Shown: positions 8,943 to 19,771, counted from the stretch's first letter. The stretch is DNA of 64,000 nt from Deltaproteobacteria bacterium (GCA_034670305.1 JAXMNT010000004.1:200142-264141); one strand, 5' to 3'. Notes: generated by a model not told the origin, from the letters alone. Program-made: numbers and translations.

Positions 8943-11072
8943 ATGTCGCCACGTCCCACCCCGCTTCCTCCTTCGTTGACCCGCGCTTTGGCGTCCGTCC
9001 GGCGCCGTCTCCGCACCCAGCGGGCCGTCAACGCGGGCGTGGTGTTCCTGATGGCCGGCCTCGGTCTCGCGGCGGTGGTCCTGACCCTGGCGAAGACCTC
9101 GACCATCACCGAAGCCGATTCGGTCCGGTGGCTGTATGTCGCGGGGGCCCTGCCCGTCTTGGGGATCCTGATCGGTGTGCTCCGGCCCGTCGCGCGCCTG
9201 CTTCCGGCCCAGTTGCTCGACCGGAGCCATGGCCTGCGCTCCCGCATCGCCAACGCACTCGAGCTCTCGAGCGTGGAGGAGCGGACGCCGTTCATGGACG
9301 CGGCCATCCAGGACGCGGCGGACAAAGCCGGCGCCGTGACCCCGAAACGTGCGATGCCCCTCAAGGCGCCCAAGGACCTCGGTCCGGTGTTCGTTCTCGG
9401 CGTCGCGGTCGCCGTGCTGGTGATGCTGGAGATCCCGCGCGAGGTGCCCGCGCCCGTCGTCTCGCAGCTGCAGCCGATGTTGCTGGACGGAGACTCGCTC
9501 GACGCGTTCGAGTCCAGCCTCGAGCCGGTGCTGCGCGACCAGGAGACCAGCGAAGACATCCGGCGCGCCGCCGACCGGCTGAACCAGATCCTCGAAGACA
9601 TCGCAGACCGCCGGCTCGACCGCACCGAAGCACTGCGCCGGATCCAGGAGCTCGAGAACGAGCTCGTCGAAGGCCGCAATGCGTCCGCCGACGAGATGGA
9701 AGCGCAGCTGCGCGAGATGGGGCAGCAACTCGATCGGTCCGCCCTCGCGGAAGCGGCGAGCGAAGCGCTCCAAGACGCCGACGCGGAGCGGGCCTCCGAA
9801 GCGATGTCCGAGCTCGCCAACCAACTCGAGAACGAACCCCCGAGCCGCCAGGAGCTCGAGCAGCTTCGTCAGGCCATGGACCGCGCGAGCCAGGACCGCA
9901 CCGAACAGGAGGAGCGGGAGAACGAGCAGGAGCAAGAGCGTCTGCAGAGTCTTCTGCAACGCCAGCGCGAGCAGAACAAGACCGAGTCCGAGCGGGAGCG
10001 GCGGCTCCTTCAACGCCGACAACGACAGCTCGAGCGGCTGCAGCGCGAGCAGCAGGACATGCAGGAGCAGCGGCGTCAGCTCGACCGGCTGCGCCGCGAG
10101 ATGCAGCAAGCGGCCGAGAACCTGAACCGCGATGCTCAGGACCGAAGCCAAGCCTCCGAGCAGATGCGACGCGCGGCCGAAGAGCTGAACCGCATGGCCC
10201 GCCAGCAGATGAGCGAAGAGCAGCGTCAGCAACTCGAGCGTCAGATGCGGCAGCTGCGCGAGATGATTCGGCGTCAGCAGCAACAGCAGCAGCAGCAAGG
10301 CGGCCAGCAGCAGGGCCAGCAGGGCCAAGGCGGACAGCAGGGGCGCATGCAGCGCTTCGTGCTCCAAGCCGGTGGCCAAGGCGCGCGGCTCCAGATGCCA
10401 GGTCAGCAGGGCCAGGGTCAGCAGGGCCAGGGCCAGCAGGGCCAGGGCCAGCAGGGCCAGGGCCAGCAGGGCCAGGGTCAGCAGGGCCAAGGTCAGGGTC
10501 AGCAGGGCCAAGGTCAGGGTCAGCAGGGACAAGGTCAGGGTCAGCAAGGCCAGGGTCAGCAAGGCCAAGGCCAGGGACAAGGGCAAGGCCAGGGACAAGG
10601 GCAAGGGCAAGGCGGCCAGGGCGGGCAAGCTCAGGGCGGTCAGGGTCAGGGCCAAGGCCAAGGTCAGGGCGGACAACAGACGCTCACGCTTGGCGGCAAC
10701 GGCCAAGGCAACGCGGTGCTCGAGATGCCCGGCATGGGCCAGGGTCAGGGCCAAGAAGGCGAAGGCCAAGGCGGCGGTCAGGGCGGAAGCCAGGCCGGCA
10801 CCGGACACGATCCGCAGATGCTCGACGACCCGACCCACCTCCGCGGCAGCCGACAGAACAGCCGCGTGCAGGGCGACCAATCCGGAGAAGGTCCGTCGCG
10901 CAGCGAGGTCATCCTCGGCGCGTCCGACCGTGGCTTCGTCGGCGAGGGGTACCGCGAGGTGTTCACCGACTACGAAGGCCACGCCGAAGAGGTCCTCGAG
11001 CGCGACGAGGTTCCGCCCGGCTACCGGTTCTACGTGCGCCGCTACTTCCAGCTGATTCGCCCGCGCGAATGA
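8943..11072 (+). CDS. Membrane-anchored coiled-coil protein (DUF4175-like) with Gly/Gln-rich region
   Basis: Three N-terminal TM segments, long E/Q/R coiled coil, (GQ)n tract, C-terminal VPPGYRFYVRRYF; directly upstream of moxR. Confidence 0.75.
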   Translation: MSPRPTPLPPSLTRALASVRRRLRTQRAVNAGVVFLMAGLGLAAVVLTLAKTSTITEADSVRWLYVAGALPVLGILIGVLRPVARLLPAQLLDRSHGLRSRIANALELSSVEERTPFMDAAIQDAADKAGAVTPKRAMPLKAPKDLGPVFVLGVAVAVLVMLEIPREVPAPVVSQLQPMLLDGDSLDAFESSLEPVLRDQETSEDIRRAADRLNQILEDIADRRLDRTEALRRIQELENELVEGRNASADEMEAQLREMGQQLDRSALAEAASEALQDADAERASEAMSELANQLENEPPSRQELEQLRQAMDRASQDRTEQEERENEQEQERLQSLLQRQREQNKTESERERRLLQRRQRQLERLQREQQDMQEQRRQLDRLRREMQQAAENLNRDAQDRSQASEQMRRAAEELNRMARQQMSEEQRQQLERQMRQLREMIRRQQQQQQQQGGQQQGQQGQGGQQGRMQRFVLQAGGQGARLQMPGQQGQGQQGQGQQGQGQQGQGQQGQGQQGQGQGQQGQGQGQQGQGQGQQGQGQQGQGQGQGQGQGQGQGQGGQGGQAQGGQGQGQGQGQGGQQTLTLGGNGQGNAVLEMPGMGQGQGQEGEGQGGGQGGSQAGTGHDPQMLDDPTHLRGSRQNSRVQGDQSGEGPSRSEVILGASDRGFVGEGYREVFTDYEGHAEEVLERDEVPPGYRFYVRRYFQLIRPRE
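10275..10800 (+). repeat. GQ/GQQ low-complexity coding repeat
   Basis: CAGGGCCAG/CAAGGTCAG tandem units. Confidence 0.9.
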
Positions 11073-11172
11073 ACGGCGCATCTGAAGCGCCTTCGGCACG
11101 CATCCATTCCCGTACGACACCCGCCAGCCGCGGGTGCGCACCCCACCCCAACGCACACCACCCAGGAACCAG

Positions 11173-12171
<999 letters not shown>

Positions 12172-12172
12172 C

Positions 12173-13108
12173 TTGCTCGACTGGCTGCGCGGCAAGAAGG
12201 CCACCGACACGCGCAAAAGGGCGCGCGGTGGAGACGATCTGTTCGACGAGGAGTTTCAGCGGCGCCTCGAGTACCTGGCGATCGTGTCCCGCAAGATCTA
12301 CCGCGGGCGCATGCGGGCGGAGCGCCGTTCGAAAAAGACCGGCGCGGGCATCGAGTTCGCCGACCACCGCGAGTACGCCCCGGGCGACGACTTCCGCTAC
12401 CTCGACTGGAACGTCTACCAGCGCACCGGCCGGCTCTTGGTCCGGCTCTTCGAAGAAGAAGAGGACCTCAGCGTCTACGTGATCGTCGACACCTCGCGCT
12501 CGATGAGCCTCGGGGACCCTTCGAAACTCGACTACGCCAAACGCATCGCCGCCGCCCTCGCCTACGTGGCGCTCGCGAACCTCGACCGCGTCTCCGTGTT
12601 GAGTTTCGACGAGAAGATGGAGGCCCGGCTCGCGCCGACCCGCGGCAAGAACCGGATCTTCAAGGTGTTCGACTTCCTCCGGCCGCTGGTCGCCGAGGGC
12701 GAGACCAAACTCGAGGATTCGCTCAAGACCTTCGCCGCGCAGAACAAGCGGCGCGGCATCGCGATCCTGATCAGTGATCTCTACGACCCGGCGGGCTTCG
12801 AAGACGGCATCAACCAGCTGCGCTTCGCGAAGTTCGAGCCCTTCGTGCTGCATCTCTTCGACCCGGCGGAGGTCGAACCGGCGCTTCATGGCGACGTGCG
12901 ACTCGTCGACCACGAGACCGGCGAACACCGCGAGGTGACCATCACGCCGCGGGTGCTCAAGCGCTACAAAGAAGCGCACGAGAAGTACCGCAAGGAGATC
13001 GCGACCTTCTGCGGGAAGAAGCAGGTCGCCTACCACCCGCTGCGGACCGACCTGCCCTTCGACGAGGCGGTGCTCGAAGTCCTGCGCGCCGGCGGACTCG
13101 TGCGATGA
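12173..13108 (+). CDS. DUF58 family VWA-like protein
   Basis: EFADHREYAPGDDFRYLDWN, FEEEE, DTSRSM; TTG start one base after the moxR stop. Confidence 0.9.
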   Translation: MLDWLRGKKATDTRKRARGGDDLFDEEFQRRLEYLAIVSRKIYRGRMRAERRSKKTGAGIEFADHREYAPGDDFRYLDWNVYQRTGRLLVRLFEEEEDLSVYVIVDTSRSMSLGDPSKLDYAKRIAAALAYVALANLDRVSVLSFDEKMEARLAPTRGKNRIFKVFDFLRPLVAEGETKLEDSLKTFAAQNKRRGIAILISDLYDPAGFEDGINQLRFAKFEPFVLHLFDPAEVEPALHGDVRLVDHETGEHREVTITPRVLKRYKEAHEKYRKEIATFCGKKQVAYHPLRTDLPFDEAVLEVLRAGGLVR

Positions 13109-15045
13109 CTCCCGTCTTCCCCGAGCTGGCATCCGGCGTCTTCGTCCCCGCGATCTCGTTGACCGGGCTCACCGCCACGCAGGTGTTCACGGTGCTCGGC
13201 ATCGCGGGCGGGCTCGTGGTGGTGCTCTACCTGCTCAAACTTCGGCGCCGCCAGGTCGAAGTCCCCTTCGTCAAACTCTGGCAGCAGGTGCTCGCGGAGA
13301 AGCAGACCACCCGTCTGTTCTCGCAGCTCAAGCGGCTGCTCTCGTTGCTCATCGCCCTGATCATCGTGGGCGCGCTCGCGTTCGCGCTCGGGGATCCGCG
13401 CAGCGACGGCGCGCTCGACGAAGGCCGCACGCTGGTCGTCCTGGTGGATGCCTCGGCTTCCATGCAAGCGACCGACGTGGAGCCGAGCCGGTTCGACGCG
13501 GCGAAAGAGAAGGTCAAAGAACTGATCGAAGCGCTCGGCCCGGCGGACCGGATGCTCATCGCGCAGCTCGATGCGACCGCGACGCCGGTGAGTCCGCTCT
13601 CGGGCGAGACGCGGGTGCTCTTCGACGCGCTCGACACCCTCGAAGCGACCGAGGTCGCCGCCAACCTGCGGGCGGGACTTCATCTCGCGCTCGACGTGCT
13701 GCGCGACCAGCCGCAGCCGGAGGTCGTGCTGATCTCCGATGGCAACGTCGGCGAGTCGCGTTTCGATCCACGCGTCTTCGCCGCGCGGCTGGAGGAACGC
13801 AACGTCCGCCTGAGCTGGGAGAAGATCGGCGTGCGCGGCCGCAACGTCGGCATCGCGGCGTTCAGCGTGCGGCGCTACCCACTCGACAAGAGCCAGAGCG
13901 AAGTCTTGGTCGAGCTCACGAACCCAAGCGACGAAGCCCACGACGTGGAGCTCACCTTGCTCGGCGACGGCGAAGCGGTGGACGTGCAGCGGCTGCGGCT
14001 CGCCGCCGGCGAACGGCTTCGGCGGTTCTTCCGAAACATCTCGGGCGTCGACGAAGCGCTCGAAGCCCGGATCACGATGGCGGACGGGACCCACGACGAC
14101 CTCGCTGCGGACGACCGCGCGTTCGCCCGGTTGCCGGAGCGCCGGCGCGCGCGGGTGTGCGTGGTCAGCGAAGGCAACCTCTACCTTCAGGCCGCGCTGC
14201 TGCTCGATGAGTACCTCGACGTGACCGAGGTGACCCCGTCCCAGTGGCCGGTCGAAGAAACCTACGACGTCTTCATCTTCGATGCGTGGGCGCCGCCCTC
14301 CCCGCCCGACACCGCGTCGCTGTACCTGGCGCCGCTTCGGTGGACCGAAGGCACCGGCCCACTGGAAGTCACCGGCGAGTTTGCCGCGCCTTACTTCACC
14401 CACATCGACCGCCGCCATCCGCTCTTGCGATGGACCGCGCTTCGGGACGTGAACGTCGCACGCGCCGCCGAACTTCGACTCGAGCAAGGCGATCGGGGAC
14501 TCGCGCGCGACGACCGCGGCCCGCTCATCGTGAGCGGTGCCCGCGATGGAAAGCGGTTCGTGGTGTTCGGCTTCGACGTCCGCGAGAGCGACCTGCCCTT
14601 GCGCGTGGCGTGGCCACTGCTCTTGCTCAACACCGTCGACTACTTCGTGCAGGAAGACGTCGGGTTCGTCTCGAGTTTCCACACCGGCGACACGTGGCAT
14701 GTGCCGGTGCCCTCGCACCTCGACGCCGTAACCATCCTCGATCCGCGCGGCGAAGAACGCCGGGTGCCGGTCGTCGAAGGCCGCGCGGTGTTCGCCGGCC
14801 AGCACGTTGGCTTCCACACCGTGCGCACAGATGAAGGCGACGAACGGTTCGCGGCCAACCTCGGCGCGGGCGAAGAGAGCCGCATCGAACCGGCGGAGTC
14901 TGTGGACGTCGGTGACATCGTTGCCGGCGCGCCGTCTCGTGGACAGATCGGCGCGCGGCGTGAGATCTGGCTCTACCTGGTGCTCTTGGTGCTCGGTGTC
15001 CTCACGGTCGAATGGTGGACCTACCACCGCAGGATGACGGTATGA
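13105..15045 (+). CDS. BatA-like N-terminal domain plus VWA domain membrane protein
   Basis: LYLLKLRRRQVEVP..LW (BatA), DASASM MIDAS, C-terminal TM ending EWW. Confidence 0.88.
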   Translation: MTPVFPELASGVFVPAISLTGLTATQVFTVLGIAGGLVVVLYLLKLRRRQVEVPFVKLWQQVLAEKQTTRLFSQLKRLLSLLIALIIVGALAFALGDPRSDGALDEGRTLVVLVDASASMQATDVEPSRFDAAKEKVKELIEALGPADRMLIAQLDATATPVSPLSGETRVLFDALDTLEATEVAANLRAGLHLALDVLRDQPQPEVVLISDGNVGESRFDPRVFAARLEERNVRLSWEKIGVRGRNVGIAAFSVRRYPLDKSQSEVLVELTNPSDEAHDVELTLLGDGEAVDVQRLRLAAGERLRRFFRNISGVDEALEARITMADGTHDDLAADDRAFARLPERRRARVCVVSEGNLYLQAALLLDEYLDVTEVTPSQWPVEETYDVFIFDAWAPPSPPDTASLYLAPLRWTEGTGPLEVTGEFAAPYFTHIDRRHPLLRWTALRDVNVARAAELRLEQGDRGLARDDRGPLIVSGARDGKRFVVFGFDVRESDLPLRVAWPLLLLNTVDYFVQEDVGFVSSFHTGDTWHVPVPSHLDAVTILDPRGEERRVPVVEGRAVFAGQHVGFHTVRTDEGDERFAANLGAGEESRIEPAESVDVGDIVAGAPSRGQIGARREIWLYLVLLVLGVLTVEWWTYHRRMTV

Positions 15046-18002
15046 GCACGGCAGACGAACGATCGGACGCGGACGACGCCGCGAAACGGATCGGACGGCG
15101 CCGGCCCAGCCGACCGCCACCGAAGAAGAAGTCGAAAGGCGTGCCCTTCTTCTGGGGCATGCTCTTCACCCTCGCCGCGTGCGTCGGGCTTGGCATCGCG
15201 CTCTGGACGACCCTCGGCGAAGGCTGGTCGGCGGAGATCGGCGGCGAGACCTACGAGCTCCTCCAGCCGCGCTGGATCGTCGCGTTCGCGATCGCCCCGC
15301 TGTTTCTGTTCGGCGCGACCCGTTCGCTCGCCGACCTGCCCGGGGCCCAGCGCTGGCTCGGGGTGTTCTCGCGCATCGCGCTCGCGGCGCTCCTGACGCT
15401 CGCCGTCGCGCGGCTCGCACGCACCACCGACGCCACCAAGGTCAGCACCGTCTTCCTCGTCGACGTGAGCGACTCCGTCACCGAAGAAGCACTCGTGGAC
15501 GCCCGCGATGCCGTGCAGGCCGCGTGGGAGGTGCGCGAAGACAACGACCTGCAGCTCGTGACCTTCGCGCGTGAAGCGCGCGCGGTCCCGCTCGAACGCG
15601 GCCTCGATGAGATCCCGGGCATCGAACGCCACGAAGCCGTCGGCGCATCCGTCGCGGACACCGCCACGACACCCGAAGGTGCGGAAGTCGAACGAGACGC
15701 ACCACCGCCCGACGAACAAGCGGGCGACCACCCCGGCCGCGGCAGCAACCTGCAGTCCGCGCTTCAGCTCGCCTATGGGCTCTTCCCGCCCGGCCATCTG
15801 CGCCGGGTCGTGCTCGTCAGCGACGGCGGCCAGACCGACGGAGACTTGCTCGCGGAAGCCAGCCGCGCCCGGCGCTTCGGGGTGAAGATCCACGCGCGGC
15901 CGAGCCGCCACGGCGCGCCGCCGGAAGTCGCCATCCGCGAGCTCGACTTGCCGGACCGCATCAAGGTCGGCGACCCCTTCCCCGTCCGTGGCCGGATCTT
16001 CGCCTCGGTGCCCTCGACGATTCGTCTCCGGCTCTACCAGGGCGAGACCCTCAACGGACTCGACTCGGTCCGCGACGTCGAAGTGCAACCGGGCGAGACC
16101 GAAGTGAACTTCCAGTCGGTGGTGCGGGTCGCCGGTCCGGTCACCTACCGGATGACCCTCGAACCCTCGGTGCCCGATGGCGAGCTCGCCGGCGGCGTCG
16201 CGCTCGACCGGTTCGCGGCCAACAACGAGTACGAGACTTCGGTCGTGGTGCCGGGCAAACCCACGGTGCTCTACGTCGAAGGCGACCCCGGGCGCGCGAC
16301 CTACCTCGCACGCGCGCTCAGCGCGGCCGACTACGACGTCGATGTGCGCGGACCGCGCGCCATCCCGACCAACGTGCGCGAGCTCGAGCGCTTCGACTTC
16401 TTCATCTTGAGCGACGTGTCCGCGGACCAAGTGAGCCTCGGTCAGATGGACGCGATCGAACGCTACGTGCGCGACCTCGGCGGCGGCTTCCTCTTCGCCG
16501 GTGGCGAACGCGGCTTCGGGCTCGGCGGCTGGCAGGGCACCCGCATGGAGCGCCTGTTGCCGGTGCGCATGGACTCCGAGCGCCGCCGTGACCAACCGTC
16601 GCTCGCGCTCGCGCTCGTCATCGACCGCTCGGGATCGATGAACGGGGTCAAGATGGAGCTCGCCAAAGAAGCCGCGAAGGCGACCGCGGAGCTTTTGAGC
16701 GGCGACGACTACATCAGCGTCATCGGGTTCGACTCCCGGCCCGAACGGGTCGTGCGCATGCAGAGCGCGCGCAACCGGGTCCGCATCCTGCGCGACATCG
16801 GCCGGCTCACGCCACGCGGCGGCACCGCCATCTTCCCGGCGCTCGACATGGCGTACCAGGATCTCGCGGTCACCCGCGCGCGGGTCAAACACGTCATTTT
16901 GCTCACCGACGGCCAAGCGCCGGACCAAGGCATCACCGAACTCACCCAGGTGATGCGCGCCGAAGGCATGACCATCTCGACGGTCGGTCTCGGCGCAGAC
17001 GTCAACCGCGCGCTCTTGCAATCGATCGCCAACCTCGGTGGCGGCCGCAGCTACCTCACGAACGACCCGCACAACGTGCCGCGCATCTTCATGCGCGAGA
17101 CCACCACCGTGGCGCGCTCGAGCGCGGTCGAGGAGTACTTCCAGCCCACCGTCGTCCAGCGCGCGGACTTCTTGCGCGGCACCAACGTCGAGGGCTCGCC
17201 CTTCCTGCATGGCTACGTGGCGACCCGCAGCAAGCCGAGCCCGGCGCAGGTGATCTTGCAGAGCGACATCGGCGAGCCGATCCTCGCGCGCTGGCGGGTC
17301 GGCCTCGGCTGGTCGATGGCGTGGACCAGCGACGTGAAGAACCGCTGGGCGGTCGAGTGGGTGCGCTGGAACGGGTTCAGCCGGTTCTGGGCGCAGCTCA
17401 TCCGAGAACACATGCGGCAGAAGCGGCGGCAGCGGCTCGACATGGTCGCGCGCACCACCGGCGACGAAGTGCACGTCGTGGTCGATGGCATCGGCGGCGA
17501 CGACCAGTTCATGAACGACCTGACTTCGACGTTGAAGATCGAAGGTCCGATGGGCAGCCGCCGCGCCCGCGACGAAGAAGACGACCCACAGCTGCGCCGG
17601 ACCCGCGAGCTGCCCTTCCGCCAGACCGCACCTGGCCGCTACGAAGCCCGGTTCCCGCTCGATGCGTACGGCTCGTTCGTCCTGACGGCGGAACACCGCC
17701 GCGAAGGCCGGCTCATCGCCGAGAGCGCGACCCAACTCGCGAACCCCTACCCCGCCGAGTACGCCACCCTCGAACCGGACGAAGCGCTGCTGAGAAGCGC
17801 GGCCGACCTCACCGAAGGCGTGCTCGACCCCGAACCCGCCGCCATCTTTGATCCCGGCGAAGAGACCATCCGCGCCCACGAAGAACTCTGGCCCTGGCTC
17901 CTCTACTTCGCACTCGGCCTCTTCTTGCTGGATCTGCTGCTGCGCCGCGTCCGAATCTTCGACCGCAAGTTCAAGAAGAGAACCCGCCGCCAACGCGCCT
18001 AG
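15042..18002 (+). CDS. Double-VWA protein with glutamine-amidotransferase-like (DUF1355-type) domain
   Basis: DVSDS and DRSGSM MIDAS motifs, LLTDG, VRDLGGGFLFAGG...LLPV, WRVGLG; C-terminal TM. Confidence 0.88.
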   Translation: MSTADERSDADDAAKRIGRRRPSRPPPKKKSKGVPFFWGMLFTLAACVGLGIALWTTLGEGWSAEIGGETYELLQPRWIVAFAIAPLFLFGATRSLADLPGAQRWLGVFSRIALAALLTLAVARLARTTDATKVSTVFLVDVSDSVTEEALVDARDAVQAAWEVREDNDLQLVTFAREARAVPLERGLDEIPGIERHEAVGASVADTATTPEGAEVERDAPPPDEQAGDHPGRGSNLQSALQLAYGLFPPGHLRRVVLVSDGGQTDGDLLAEASRARRFGVKIHARPSRHGAPPEVAIRELDLPDRIKVGDPFPVRGRIFASVPSTIRLRLYQGETLNGLDSVRDVEVQPGETEVNFQSVVRVAGPVTYRMTLEPSVPDGELAGGVALDRFAANNEYETSVVVPGKPTVLYVEGDPGRATYLARALSAADYDVDVRGPRAIPTNVRELERFDFFILSDVSADQVSLGQMDAIERYVRDLGGGFLFAGGERGFGLGGWQGTRMERLLPVRMDSERRRDQPSLALALVIDRSGSMNGVKMELAKEAAKATAELLSGDDYISVIGFDSRPERVVRMQSARNRVRILRDIGRLTPRGGTAIFPALDMAYQDLAVTRARVKHVILLTDGQAPDQGITELTQVMRAEGMTISTVGLGADVNRALLQSIANLGGGRSYLTNDPHNVPRIFMRETTTVARSSAVEEYFQPTVVQRADFLRGTNVEGSPFLHGYVATRSKPSPAQVILQSDIGEPILARWRVGLGWSMAWTSDVKNRWAVEWVRWNGFSRFWAQLIREHMRQKRRQRLDMVARTTGDEVHVVVDGIGGDDQFMNDLTSTLKIEGPMGSRRARDEEDDPQLRRTRELPFRQTAPGRYEARFPLDAYGSFVLTAEHRREGRLIAESATQLANPYPAEYATLEPDEALLRSAADLTEGVLDPEPAAIFDPGEETIRAHEELWPWLLYFALGLFLLDLLLRRVRIFDRKFKKRTRRQRA

Positions 18003-18007
18003 CCTCG

Positions 18008-18117
18008 GCTGAGTCGAAACGCGGGTCGTCTCTCGCGAGGGAGGCTTTGGGCCCGCGCGGAGCGAAACGAGCAGGTCCGGAGGCCCGCAGAAACCCCGCG
18101 AGAGACCAGCAATCAGC
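18008..18117. repeat. Intergenic stem-loop (REP/MITE-like or structured RNA)
   Basis: GTCTCTCGCG...CGCGAGAGAC inverted repeat, outer GCTGA/TCAGC pair. Confidence 0.5.
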
Positions 18118-18171
18118 GGCGCTTTTTCTCACCCGAGGTGAAGATGCCGGCCTTCCGCGACAAGATGGGGT

Positions 18172-18705
18172 GTGGGTCGTTCGCGCACCGATGTTCTTCC
18201 GGCGGTTTCGGCGCCGGTGCTGGATGTGCACGAGGCCTACGAGCGCCATGCGGAATTCGTGTGGCGGTCGCTGGCGCGGCTTGGATGTGCACCTGCGGAC
18301 CGGGCGGACCTGCTTCAGGAGGCCTTCGTGGTGCTCCACCGGCGGCGGGCCGATTGGGACGGGCGTTCGGTGCGGGGTTGGCTGTGGGGGATCTGCGTTG
18401 GACTGATGCGGAACCACCGGCGGCGGGCGTTTCGTCGGATCGAGACTTTGGTGGCCGATGTGGACGTTGCGGGCGCCCCGCCAGTCGATGTGATCGAGCG
18501 GAAGCGACGGATGGCGAATGGGCAGCGCGCGCTCGCGGAGCTGGAGGTCGAACAGCGGGCGGTGTTCGTGATGTTCGAGATCGAGCAACTGAGCGGCAAA
18601 CAGATCGCAGACTCCTTGGAGATCCCACTCGGCACCGTGCACTCGCGTCTCTTCTCCGCCCGCAAGACGCTCGCGCGGCGGCTGCAGGAGTTCGAAGATG
18701 AGTGA
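18172..18705 (+). CDS. ECF sigma factor (start uncertain)
   Basis: Region 2 (FVWRSLARLG, DLLQEAF, VRGWLWGI); region 4 (VFVMFEIE, IA..LEIPLGTVHSRL). Confidence 0.92.
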   Translation: MGRSRTDVLPAVSAPVLDVHEAYERHAEFVWRSLARLGCAPADRADLLQEAFVVLHRRRADWDGRSVRGWLWGICVGLMRNHRRRAFRRIETLVADVDVAGAPPVDVIERKRRMANGQRALAELEVEQRAVFVMFEIEQLSGKQIADSLEIPLGTVHSRLFSARKTLARRLQEFEDE

Positions 18706-19516
18706 GTCTGATCCGATCCGCTGGCGCGAGATGCCGGAGCTTCCACCCGGCACGCTCGAGCTGCTCGAGTCGGTCGAGCGGCCCGATGTGCTGCCGCCCG
18801 CGATCCGGGCCGAGGTCGGTGGACGGCTCAGTGCGCAAGTGGTGCGTCCGGCGCCTCGGTGGATGGCGGGGGCACTTCCGGTCGGCGTCGCGGTCCTGGC
18901 GACGGCGGCGGTGATCGGCGGGATCGTCGTGTGGCATCAGTCCCGGCCGCGGGCTCCCGAGCGGATCGATCCGCTGGTCGAAGAGATGGCTGCGCCGTCC
19001 GAAGCGCCGAGTTCTACGATCGATGCCGTCGAAGAAGAGCACACGCTCGGGCAAACGATCGAGGAGCCGCCGGAGGTAGAGCGCGTCGTAGCACCGCCCA
19101 GCCCAATGCGTGCCACCCAGAGCGCGATGCGCGCCGTTCCCCAGTCGCCCGATGTAGACCCCGTTCCCGCCATGACCCTCCTAGGCCGCGAGGCATTCGA
19201 GAGGGAGCTTCCCTCTCGAATGGAGGCGCGGCCTGCGGTGGCGGAGGGGGTCGGCACGCTGATGGTGAACTCGATGCCGTGGTCGCGGGTATGGGTCGAT
19301 GGACGTTCGTTGGGCAACACGCCAGTGGTGAACGTGAGGCTGGCCGCGGGCACCCACCGACTGCGTTTGCAGGCGGAGGGCTTTGACGCGGTGACCCGAA
19401 CCATCCAAATCCGCGCCGATCAACGAAGCCAGTTCATCCACCGGTTCAGCCGCTCAACGATGACATCTTCGATCGTCGACCCGTTCGGCGACCCCGTCCC
19501 AGCCAACCCGTTCTAG
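18698..19516 (+). CDS. Single-pass membrane protein with PEGA-like domain, probable anti-sigma factor
   Basis: Overlaps the ECF stop; one TM; GTLMVNSMPWSRVWVDGRSLGNTP...GTHRLRL. Confidence 0.75.
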   Translation: MSESDPIRWREMPELPPGTLELLESVERPDVLPPAIRAEVGGRLSAQVVRPAPRWMAGALPVGVAVLATAAVIGGIVVWHQSRPRAPERIDPLVEEMAAPSEAPSSTIDAVEEEHTLGQTIEEPPEVERVVAPPSPMRATQSAMRAVPQSPDVDPVPAMTLLGREAFERELPSRMEARPAVAEGVGTLMVNSMPWSRVWVDGRSLGNTPVVNVRLAAGTHRLRLQAEGFDAVTRTIQIRADQRSQFIHRFSRSTMTSSIVDPFGDPVPANPF

Positions 19517-19626
19517 CAGGTCGCTGAAAAGCGACCTACTCCCTTTGCCGTTGCCCTCGCCCGTGCCCTTGCCCGCGTCGTGGACGCCGTGTGTTTCGCG
19601 ACGGCCAACCCGCGAATCGGTCGGTG
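19513..19626. mobile_element. Detached, internally deleted copy of the IS end found at 63763-63912
   Basis: Near-identical to 63763-63869 plus 63902-63912, beginning CTAGCAGGTCGCTGAAAAGCGACCT. Confidence 0.8.
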
Positions 19627-19628
19627 GA

Positions 19629-19694
19629 GCTCTAGCCCACCTTGAGCAGGTCGTCGCGATGCTCGTCGCGCTGATCAAGCGATCTGACCGCTGA
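19629..19694 (+). pseudogene. Possible C-terminal remnant of a four-helix-bundle (IVS/Avd-like) gene
   Basis: Reads ALAHLEQVVAMLVALIKRSDR*, resembling the terminal helix of that family; followed by a (GGGCAA)-like tract. Confidence 0.35.
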
Positions 19695-19771
19695 TCCGCG
19701 GGCAGGGCAAAGGCAAGGGCAGGGGCAAGGGGCAGGCTGCTGAAGGGAACTGGGTCGCGCTATCCTCCGGC

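Noticed and set aside
15021..17993. Long antisense ORFs (also 5183-7315, 21280-24153, 28843-30705, 50803-53598, 61329-63626)
   Set aside because: Shadow ORFs expected from high-GC codon bias opposite well-supported genes
18008..18117. SRP (4.5S) RNA, suggested by CAGGTCCGGA
   Set aside because: Lacks the GGAA tetraloop/AGCAG domain IV and the motif is not at the hairpin apex
19629..19694. Diversity-generating retroelement (Avd-like stub)
   Set aside because: No reverse transcriptase and no TR/VR pair with adenine-specific mismatches seen
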